Shown here piece after piece: positions 29,468 to 36,889 of a DNA stretch of 64,000 nucleotides. Numbering within the stretch: the stretch's first letter is position 1; every line of letters starts with the position of its first letter. The notes under the pieces are model-generated. The model worked only from the letters and a program-made list of their open reading frames with translations, ran no database searches and was not told the origin of the DNA. The position numbers and the translations under genes were made by a program. This stretch comes from Patescibacteria group bacterium (GTDB lineage: Bacteria; Patescibacteriota; Patescibacteriia; Patescibacteriales; XYC2-FULL-47-12), in contig JBAZGH010000001.1 of assembly GCA_041652935.1 (NCBI GenBank), forward strand, positions 7,393 to 71,392, in the 5' to 3' direction.

Positions 29468-31348
29468 ATGAATCACATACGTAACTTCTGTATAATCGCG
29501 CACATAGATCACGGCAAGTCCACATTGGCAGACAGGATGCTTGAAATAACGGGAACGGTGGAAAAAAGGAAAATGAAAGAGCAATTGCTGGACAGGATGG
29601 ACTTGGAAAGAGAGCGGGGGATAACCATTAAACTGCAGCCCGTTAATATGGAGTACGAAGGATACCATTTGAATTTAATCGATACTCCCGGGCACGTGGA
29701 TTTTTCCTATGAAGTTTCAAGAAGTTTAGCGGCTGTTGAGGGCGCTGTTTTGTTAGTGGACGCAACTCAAGGAATACAGGCGCAGACGCTGGCGAACCTT
29801 TATTTAGCGCTTGACCAAAATTTAGAGATAGTACCGGTTGTAAATAAAATTGATTTGCCCGCGGCGGATGTAAAAGGAACAAAAGAAAGCATTGTTAAAT
29901 TGCTTGGATGCAAACAAGAAGAAATTTTAGAGGCCAGCGGAAAGACCGGCGCAGGAGTGAAGGAAATTTTACAGGCAGTTATTGATTGTGTGCCGCCGCC
30001 CAAGACAACCGCGGAAAATAAATTGCGCGCTTTAATTTTTGACTCTGTTTACGACGAATATAAGGGCGTAGTCGCCTATGTCCGGCTGGTTGACGGAGAA
30101 GTTAAGAAAGGGGATGAGATAAAAATGGTTACGACTAAATATGAAAGCGACGCCCTTGATGTCGGCGTCTTCAAGCCGGATTATAAATCGACCGGAGAGC
30201 TGAGAACAGGAGAAATCGGCTATATTGTGACTGGCCTTAAATCAGTTGAAGAGTGCAAAGTCGGAGATACCATAACATTATCGAACGCTTTAATAGCGTC
30301 CCCCTCCTTAAGCGAGGGGACAGGGGTGGTGATGAAAAATAAAAATCACACCCCCCCAACCCCCCCCTCGTCCAAGGGGGGGCGCGTTCGCGCAATGGTT
30401 GTCGCACTTCCCGGCTATAAAGAAGTAAAGCCGATGGTTTTTGCGGGGATATTCTGCAAAGAGGGAAATGAGTATGAAGAGCTGCGCGAGGGCATTGGAA
30501 AATTAAAATTAACTGATTCAGCCCTGGTTTATGAACCGGAGCATTCACAGGCGCTGGGCTTCGGGTTCCGATGCGGATTTTTAGGCCTGCTTCACCTGGA
30601 AATATTCCAAGAGCGCTTGCGCCGGGAGTATGGCTTGGGGCTGGTAGTTACAACGCCTTCAGTTGCTTATCAGCTTAAAAAAACCGGCGGGGAAGAGATG
30701 ATAGTGCGCTCGGCCCTGGATATGCCTGACCCCGCGCATATCGCTTCCATAAAAGAGCCGTGGGTAACCTTAGATGTAATTTCCCCCAAAGATTATATGG
30801 GAGGAATTATGTCTTTAGTGCAGGAAAAGCGGGGAACATATAAAAATACTGAGTACATTGACGATAACCGAGTAATTTTGCATTACGAAATGCCGATGTC
30901 GACTATCCTAACTGATTTTTATGACAAAGTAAAAAGCGCAACATCTGGTTACGCTTCTATTAATTATGAATTTTTAGATTACCGGAATTGCGAGGTGCAG
31001 CGATTGGACATTTTAGTCGCAGAAGAGCAGGTTGAATCTTTGGCAACTATTGTTTATAAGGACGAGGCGTTTAAGCGCGGCAAAGAAATTGTGAACTCGC
31101 TGAAAAATACATTGCCGCGCCAGCAGTTTGTTTTAAAAATACAGGCAGCTATTGGCGGTAAAGTAATCGCGGCTGAAAGAGTGTCCGCCTTGCGGAAAGA
31201 TGTAACTGCTAAATTATACGGCGGCGATGTTTCCCGCAAGCGCAAACTTTTAGAAAAGCAGAAAAAAGGGAAGAAGAAAATGATGTCTATGGGCAAGGGC
31301 AAGGTTGATATTCCGCCGGAGGCGTTCCTTGCGGTGTTAAAGAAATAA
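29468..31348 (+). CDS. lepA: elongation factor 4 (LepA) with an in-frame insertion
   Basis: IAHIDHGKSTLADR, ERERGITIK, DTPGHVDF, GFRCGFLGLLH, RKDVTAKLYGGD. Confidence 0.97.
   Translation: MNHIRNFCIIAHIDHGKSTLADRMLEITGTVEKRKMKEQLLDRMDLERERGITIKLQPVNMEYEGYHLNLIDTPGHVDFSYEVSRSLAAVEGAVLLVDATQGIQAQTLANLYLALDQNLEIVPVVNKIDLPAADVKGTKESIVKLLGCKQEEILEASGKTGAGVKEILQAVIDCVPPPKTTAENKLRALIFDSVYDEYKGVVAYVRLVDGEVKKGDEIKMVTTKYESDALDVGVFKPDYKSTGELRTGEIGYIVTGLKSVEECKVGDTITLSNALIASPSLSEGTGVVMKNKNHTPPTPPSSKGGRVRAMVVALPGYKEVKPMVFAGIFCKEGNEYEELREGIGKLKLTDSALVYEPEHSQALGFGFRCGFLGLLHLEIFQERLRREYGLGLVVTTPSVAYQLKKTGGEEMIVRSALDMPDPAHIASIKEPWVTLDVISPKDYMGGIMSLVQEKRGTYKNTEYIDDNRVILHYEMPMSTILTDFYDKVKSATSGYASINYEFLDYRNCEVQRLDILVAEEQVESLATIVYKDEAFKRGKEIVNSLKNTLPRQQFVLKIQAAIGGKVIAAERVSALRKDVTAKLYGGDVSRKRKLLEKQKKGKKKMMSMGKGKVDIPPEAFLAVLKK
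30282..30390. repeat. GC-rich palindromic (REP-doublet-like) element inserted in frame in lepA
   Basis: Outer CGAACGC/GCGTTCG arms and two opposed CCCCT..AGGGG hairpin units. Encodes a segment not expected in LepA. Confidence 0.8.
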
Positions 31349-31376
31349 CACAACACGTATTACATAACGCAAACAT

Positions 31377-31475
31377 ATGAAAAGAAAAACAATTAAAAAA
31401 GTTATCGGCACCAGCATAATAATCATAATGATTATCGCTATGCTGTTATTTACTTTAATGCCGTTGTTTTATTAA
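31377..31475 (+). CDS. small single-TM protein (32 aa, MKRKTIKKVIGTSIIIIMIIAMLLFTLMPLFY)
   Basis: ATG..TAA after lepA, basic N-terminus plus hydrophobic helix. Below the ORF-track cutoff. Confidence 0.6.
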   Translation: MKRKTIKKVIGTSIIIIMIIAMLLFTLMPLFY

Positions 31476-31484
31476 AAAATAAAA

Positions 31485-31508
31485 AGCCGTTTCCAATTCT
31501 GAAAACGG
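31485..31508. terminator. hairpin between convergent genes, probable terminator
   Basis: GCCGTTT/AAACGGC stem with an A-tract on the left (U-tract for the minus strand). Confidence 0.55.
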
Positions 31509-31513
31509 CAGTG

Positions 31514-31708
31514 TCATCTAGAACTCCAAAGATAATAGACCGTAATAAAACAGAGAGCGGCCAGGAACCATCTCACCACCTTATAGATTAGAAATCCGAC
31601 TGTATCCCGTATTTCTCGTCTATAAAAATAATCTTCGCCCGCTCCGATAACAATAAATCCAACGACGAATAAGATAAAGCCTAGTATAGTTTTCATTGCG
31701 GGGTCCAT
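31514..31708 (-). CDS. small 2-TM hypothetical protein
   Basis: Strong SD AAGGAGG, own promoter TTGACA-17-TAATAT (31768-31740), terminator downstream. Confidence 0.75.
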   Translation of the reverse strand: MDPAMKTILGFILFVVGFIVIGAGEDYFYRREIRDTVGFLIYKVVRWFLAALCFITVYYLWSSR

Positions 31709-31773
31709 TTCCGCCTCCTTTTTTGAAATAGATGTAAAGATATTAGCATTATTTTAAAGTTTTGTCAATTTTT

Positions 31774-33573
31774 ATGGATAAAAAGTGGATTATAAAGGAA
31801 AAACAGGAATACACTAAAAACAATCCGGGATTGCACCCGGTTATTTTTCGATTACTGGCAAATCGCGGTTTTAGCGTTGATGAAATAGAGAAATTTTTAA
31901 AGCTGGATTACAAGGAAAATTTACATGATCCATTCTTATTTAAAAATATGAAAGCAGCGGTAGAATTGATTTTTAAGCACATGAAGAATGGAAGCAGAAT
32001 TATAATATACGGAGATTATGACGCTGACGGTGTTACAGCCACGGCGGTTATGCAGAAGACATTGGAATTTTTAGGATGCAAGAATTTAGATATTTACATT
32101 CCCCACCGCGAAAGCGAGGGATACGGCATAAATAAAAGCGCGGTAGAGGAAATTGCCAAAAGCGGCGCTAGTTTAATTATCACAGTTGATACCGGCATTA
32201 GAAGCATCGGCGAGGTTGCGCTAGCTAAAGAAAAGGGAATGGACGTTGTTTTAACCGACCATCATGAATGCGGCGAACAGGTTCCCGATTGCTTGATTAT
32301 TAATCCAAAAGTTAACGGCGAAAAATATCCATTCAGGGATTTGGCCGGAGTTGGCGTGGCGTTTAAAGTGTCGCAGGCGTTGTTGTACGCACGCGAAAAC
32401 CATGCGCAACATAACGCAAAACAACGCGAAAAAGAGGGATTTGAAAAGTGGCTATTGGATTTAGTAGCCATAGGCACCATTGCTGATTTAATGCCATTAG
32501 TTAATGAGAATAGAGTTTTGGTGAATTATGGATTAGTCGTATTGAATAAGACGCAGAGAATCGGCATTAAAAAATTAATGGAAACCGCGCAAAGCGATAC
32601 TGATAAAAATGGAAATAAGCGGGAAGTTGACGCTTGGCAAATTGGTTATCAATTAGCCCCTCGCTTAAATGCGGCTGGTCGGCTTGGGCGCGCAAATACG
32701 GCCTACGAATTACTTATTACTGAAGATAAACAAGAAGCAACAGAAATAGCCCATAAATTAGACAATACGAATAAAGAACGCCAAAATATTACACAAGAAA
32801 TTTTTGAGCAGGCAGAGCAAGAGATTAATAAGAAAAACAAAATTTTATTTGCTGTTTATAATGGAGAGCAAAAGAACGCCTGGTCTTCAGGAGTGATGGG
32901 TTTGGTGGCTGGAAAATTAACAGAAAAATATTACCGGCCATCGTTGGCGATTACAAGCAAAATTGGCAATGATGGGTTGGAAATTGTCGGGAGCGCCAGA
33001 AGTATTGCTGAATTTAACATTACATCCATGCTGGAGGAATGCGGTGAATTATTATCGCATTACGGCGGGCACAAACAGGCGGCCGGATTCACCATAAAGC
33101 CGGGAAAATTAGATGAGTTTTTAGCCAAAGCAAAAAAAATTACTGAACATGAATTAAAAGATGTTGAATTAATCCCCGCCCTAGAAATTGATTTAGAGAT
33201 AAATTTTAATGACGTGTCTGAAGATTTATATGAAGCATTGCAAAAATTAAGGCCCTTCGGAGTTAAAAATGCCCAACCAAAATTTGTTAGCAAAAATTTA
33301 AAAGTGATAAATGCAGTTAAGATGGGGAATGAACAACAACATCTCAAGTTACAAGTTACAAGTTACAAGTCACAAAAATTAAGCGCAGTTGGTTTTAGCG
33401 TATTGGAAGAATGGAAAAAAATAAAAATTGGAGACGAAATTGATTTAGTGTATTATATAGATATGAACGAATGGAACGGGAGGAGGGAAGTTCAGTTGAA
33501 GATTATAGACCTAAAAAATAATTCAAATATTCAAATGAATTCAAATACCTCAAATACAAATAATTCGAATTAA
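31774..33573 (+). CDS. recJ: single-stranded DNA exonuclease RecJ
   Basis: YGDYDADG, P.R..EGYG, TVDTG, TDHH, LAGVGVAFK, PRLNAAGR, GSARS, GGH..AAG. Confidence 0.96.
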   Translation: MDKKWIIKEKQEYTKNNPGLHPVIFRLLANRGFSVDEIEKFLKLDYKENLHDPFLFKNMKAAVELIFKHMKNGSRIIIYGDYDADGVTATAVMQKTLEFLGCKNLDIYIPHRESEGYGINKSAVEEIAKSGASLIITVDTGIRSIGEVALAKEKGMDVVLTDHHECGEQVPDCLIINPKVNGEKYPFRDLAGVGVAFKVSQALLYARENHAQHNAKQREKEGFEKWLLDLVAIGTIADLMPLVNENRVLVNYGLVVLNKTQRIGIKKLMETAQSDTDKNGNKREVDAWQIGYQLAPRLNAAGRLGRANTAYELLITEDKQEATEIAHKLDNTNKERQNITQEIFEQAEQEINKKNKILFAVYNGEQKNAWSSGVMGLVAGKLTEKYYRPSLAITSKIGNDGLEIVGSARSIAEFNITSMLEECGELLSHYGGHKQAAGFTIKPGKLDEFLAKAKKITEHELKDVELIPALEIDLEINFNDVSEDLYEALQKLRPFGVKNAQPKFVSKNLKVINAVKMGNEQQHLKLQVTSYKSQKLSAVGFSVLEEWKKIKIGDEIDLVYYIDMNEWNGRREVQLKIIDLKNNSNIQMNSNTSNTNNSN

Positions 33574-34038
33574 TTTATGCAAGATAAAGTGGTTCATAGA
33601 GAATTATCATATAAAATTACAGGTTTATTATTTAAAGTTCATACTGAGTTGGGGCATTATCGCAATGAAAAACAGTACGCTGATTATTTTGAAAAATTAT
33701 TGCAATTATATAATATTGAATATGTTAGAGAATATAGATTTTTAGATCAACAATATGGAAAGGAACAAGTAAGATGTGTTGCGGATTTCATTATTAATGA
33801 TAAGGTGCTTTTAGAGTTTAAATCTAGAAATTTTTTAACTAAAGACGATTATTACCAGGTTAGAAGATATTTAATAACTCTGAATTTACAATTAGGTATT
33901 TTGATAAATTTTAAACAATATAGGCTATCACCAAAACGTATTTTAAATAGTGATTTTTTGAGAAATAAATTTTAATTTAATTTTTTATTTGAATTATTTG
34001 ATTTGAATAATTTGAATTTAAGTTCGTAATTCGAATTA
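33519..34038. mobile_element. putative nuclease cassette: GxxExxY gene bracketed by inverted short-repeat arrays
   Basis: Left array (TTCAAAT)n at 33519-33572, right array (ATTTGAA)n at 33987-34038. TAATTCGAATTA is present at both 33561 and 34027. Mobility is inferred. Confidence 0.55.
33577..33975 (+). CDS. GxxExxY-family (PD-(D/E)XK-like) protein
   Basis: ELSYKI.G..FKVH.ELG...EKQY, ADFIINDKVLLEFKS, Q...YL....L.LGILINF. Confidence 0.88.
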   Translation: MQDKVVHRELSYKITGLLFKVHTELGHYRNEKQYADYFEKLLQLYNIEYVREYRFLDQQYGKEQVRCVADFIINDKVLLEFKSRNFLTKDDYYQVRRYLITLNLQLGILINFKQYRLSPKRILNSDFLRNKF

Positions 34039-34445
34039 TGAGTTATGCGAAATTAACAATCTACACCGACGGCGGAGCGCGCAACAATCCGGGCCCGGCA
34101 GGCATAGGGTGCGTTTTTTATGATGACAAAAAAAATATAGTTAAGGAAATTTCCGAATACATCGGCGAGGCGACAAATAACCAAGCAGAATACAAAGCTT
34201 GTTTGCGGGCGATGGAAGAAGCAAAAAAATTCGGAGCCGAGGAGTTGGATTTTTATTTGGATAGCGAATTAGTAGTTAAACAGCTCAAGCGCGAGTATAA
34301 GGTAAAAAATAAAGAGCTGGCGCCGTTGTTTATGAAGATTTATAATTTATCCCAGCAGTTTAAAAAGGTAACATTTAAGCATGTGCGGCGCGAGTTCAAT
34401 AGGGAAGCGGATAGATTGGTAAATGAGGCGATTGATAATAGATAA
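34038..34445 (+). CDS. rnhA: ribonuclease HI family
   Basis: YTDGGARNNPGPAG, TNNQAEY, DSELVV.Q, H.RRE.N..AD. Confidence 0.93.
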   Translation: MSYAKLTIYTDGGARNNPGPAGIGCVFYDDKKNIVKEISEYIGEATNNQAEYKACLRAMEEAKKFGAEELDFYLDSELVVKQLKREYKVKNKELAPLFMKIYNLSQQFKKVTFKHVRREFNREADRLVNEAIDNR

Positions 34446-34466
34446 CCATGAAAATAATTCAACCAT

Positions 34467-34529
34467 TATTTAACGATAATTGTACAATAATTAATTATCG
34501 TTAAATTATTGTACAATTATCGTTAAATA
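34467..34529. repeat. perfect 26-bp inverted repeat built from ~12-mer units
   Basis: TATTTAACGATAATTGTACAATAATT at 34467-34492 and its reverse complement at 34504-34529. Confidence 0.9.
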
Positions 34530-34544
34530 TTTTATAATAAACCC

Positions 34545-34985
34545 ATGCGCCAGAGGTTTGCTCAACAAGATAATATTTTTAAACGGACAATTTTAAACTC
34601 CAAATTTTTTACTTTGGTTGTTATTGTAATTATAGTATTAATTTCCCAGCCGCTGATAAAAAAGATAAACCAACGGCGCGATTTAAACAGGGAGATTAGC
34701 GCGTTGGAGCAAGAGGTGGATCGAATTGAAAATAAGAATGACGATTTGCGCGGGTTGATAGATTATTTAGACAGCGACGGCTTTACTGAAAAAGAGGCGC
34801 GATTAAATCTTGATTTGCGCAAGCCGGGCGAGAAAGTTGCCATAATAAAAGGAACTGAAAATAATTTTTCAGAACAGGAAGAAGTAAAGACTATTTTTAA
34901 TGTGCCCGGCCTGGATAAAGAGCAGCCGGAATCGCCAAAAAATAACTTGAAAAAATGGCGGGATTATTTTTTTGCCGTCAGATAG
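34545..34985 (+). CDS. septum formation initiator (FtsB/DivIC family)
   Basis: TM helix, coiled coil, EKEAR..L.L.KPGE. Confidence 0.85.
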   Translation: MRQRFAQQDNIFKRTILNSKFFTLVVIVIIVLISQPLIKKINQRRDLNREISALEQEVDRIENKNDDLRGLIDYLDSDGFTEKEARLNLDLRKPGEKVAIIKGTENNFSEQEEVKTIFNVPGLDKEQPESPKNNLKKWRDYFFAVR

Positions 34986-35026
34986 CTTATTTACATATAA
35001 ATTAAGGAACCAATAAATTTAACCGA

Positions 35027-36580
35027 ATGCCCAAATATATTGACGGGGTAAAAAAAGTTAACGCAAAAAAGGTTAAAGAAGACAATCCACTGCCAATTTT
35101 CTCAAATAAAAATAAGAATGTAGAAAAATCAGCCAGCGGAATTTTTTATGTTGCCGCTAAAAGCGCCGAGAAGAAGCAAGACATAAAAAAGCCGGGCAGT
35201 TACGCGAAGCCGGAGGAAAAATCAGCTGAAAGCAAAGTAGAAGAAAATAATTTATTTAAAAATATTTTTGGCAAAGCGGAATTCATGGGCGGAAAAAAAA
35301 TTAATTTAAAAAACAAATTTTTTAAGATTAGCGAAATGGCGGAAAAGAGAATGGCTAGGCAAAGGGATAAAATTGAATTGAAAAATAAAGAATTAGCCGC
35401 AAGAAAAGAACAAAAAACAGGGGAGGAAAAAGCGCGGTTGGAAAAGATAGCGGCTGAAAAAAAAGCCAGGGAAGAAAAGCATTTAAAAATGCAAAAAGAA
35501 AACAAAAGGCAAAAAAATGAAATTAAAAAAAGGAAGGGAATGGCGAAAAAAGCCAAGGCAAAGCTAAGAGCGGAAAAATTTGCTTTAAAGTTAGAAAGGA
35601 AAGAAGAATGGAAGAAGAAGGCGGAAGAAACAAAAAAGAAGAAAAAGAAAGCAATAAAAATAATTATTTTAAAAATAAAACAACAGTCAAGAAAACTGTT
35701 AATGTCGCTGGCTGTCGGCGCTATAATTACAATAGCGGTTCTTGCGGGGCTGTCTTATTCGGTTTATCAACATCCCGTTACTAATGATTTGAACCAGGTA
35801 CTAATAAGGAAGCTGCCGTTCCCGGCGATTTTTGTGAATTACCGCATGGTAAGGTATTCGCAATATTTTGACGATTTGCGCTTATTAGGAGATTATTATT
35901 TAACAGAAGCAGAGTCTAGCTTGCCCGAAGGAAAAACTTTAGGGAAAAATAAAGATCAACTAGTGCTGGAAAAAATTATAGAAAAAAGATTATTGGAAAA
36001 CTTAGCGAATAAATATAATGTAAAAGTTGGAGAGAATGAAGTTAATGAATATTTTAATAAATTATCCGCCGCGGAAGGCGAAGAGAATTTTACAGATAAG
36101 ATTTATAACCAATATGGCTTAACTAAGAAGCTTTTTAATGAAAAAATAATCTATTATTTTGTTTTGAAAGATAAAATAAAAGAATATTTCATTAAAGATG
36201 AAAAAGCGCATCAAGGAGCAAATTTAAGAATTAAGAAAGTAGAGGAATTGTTAAAAAAGAATCCGGATGATTTTGGAAAATTAGCCGAGAAATACAGTGA
36301 AGATGTCCACGCTTTAAATGGCGGGGATATTGGATATATAAAATATGGCAGCATGGAAGAGAATTTGAAACAATCTATTACCGGTCTTAATATGGGCGAT
36401 ACAAGTGAAATTATAAAAGAAGAGGACGAGTATTACATATTAAAAGTACGCGACATAAAAGAGGGCCGGGACGGCCAGGATGTTTGGCTGGAAAAAATAA
36501 CTATTTTTACCAACTATACTTTTGATAAGTATTTAGAGGATTTAAGAAATGAAGCTAAGATTTGGAATTTAATTAAATGA
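35027..36580 (+). CDS. membrane-anchored SurA/PrsA-like parvulin PPIase with long Lys/Glu-rich N-terminus
   Basis: TM near aa 225-245, SurA_N-like region, F..LAEKYSED..NGGDIG. Confidence 0.8.
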   Translation: MPKYIDGVKKVNAKKVKEDNPLPIFSNKNKNVEKSASGIFYVAAKSAEKKQDIKKPGSYAKPEEKSAESKVEENNLFKNIFGKAEFMGGKKINLKNKFFKISEMAEKRMARQRDKIELKNKELAARKEQKTGEEKARLEKIAAEKKAREEKHLKMQKENKRQKNEIKKRKGMAKKAKAKLRAEKFALKLERKEEWKKKAEETKKKKKKAIKIIILKIKQQSRKLLMSLAVGAIITIAVLAGLSYSVYQHPVTNDLNQVLIRKLPFPAIFVNYRMVRYSQYFDDLRLLGDYYLTEAESSLPEGKTLGKNKDQLVLEKIIEKRLLENLANKYNVKVGENEVNEYFNKLSAAEGEENFTDKIYNQYGLTKKLFNEKIIYYFVLKDKIKEYFIKDEKAHQGANLRIKKVEELLKKNPDDFGKLAEKYSEDVHALNGGDIGYIKYGSMEENLKQSITGLNMGDTSEIIKEEDEYYILKVRDIKEGRDGQDVWLEKITIFTNYTFDKYLEDLRNEAKIWNLIK

Positions 36581-36609
36581 GCTGAAGTGGGGTTAAATTT
36601 TATTTTTTG

Positions 36610-36682
36610 AGCCACCTGTCGGGTTTGAACCGACGACCTACGGTTTACGATACCGCCGCTCTGCCAACTGAGCTAAGGTGGC
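36610..36682 (-). tRNA. tRNA-Thr(CGT)
   Basis: GCCACCT/AGGTGGC acceptor stem, AGCTCAGTTGG D-arm, anticodon CGT, GGTTCAAA T-loop. Confidence 0.93.
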
Positions 36683-36688
36683 CTTTCT

Positions 36689-36756
36689 TGGAGCAGGTAA
36701 CGGGAACCCGCCCACGTCCCGAATTTTCGGGACTACAGTGGGTAAGTTGAACCCAC
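36689..36756 (-). pseudogene. 3' fragment of a tRNA (Gly-like) with a 40-bp palindromic insertion in the T-loop
   Basis: GTGGGTTCAA[36746-36707]TTCCCGTTACCTGCTCCA, no matching 5' half. Confidence 0.65.
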
Positions 36757-36764
36757 GATTTCTG

Positions 36765-36835
36765 AGCGGGATACGAGAATCGAACTCGCGTCTCCTGCTT
36801 GGGAAGCAGATGTACTACCATTGTACTAATCCCGC
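36765..36835 (-). tRNA. tRNA-Gly(CCC)
   Basis: GCGGGAT/ATCCCGC acceptor stem, anticodon CCC, GTTCGA T-loop. Confidence 0.93.
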
Positions 36836-36889
36836 AAATAAACTATTCAACTAAAGTGGCTAAGCAACTAGTTAACTAATTCATATACT

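Noticed and set aside
1504-36580. Stop-codon reassignment (code 25)
   Set aside because: TGA ends full-length genes (e.g. 1506, 8599, 11048, 36580), and conserved proteins are not interrupted by TGA.
36610-36835. tRNA cluster as an active island integration site
   Set aside because: No integrase, and I saw no exact duplicate of either tRNA 3' end in the window.
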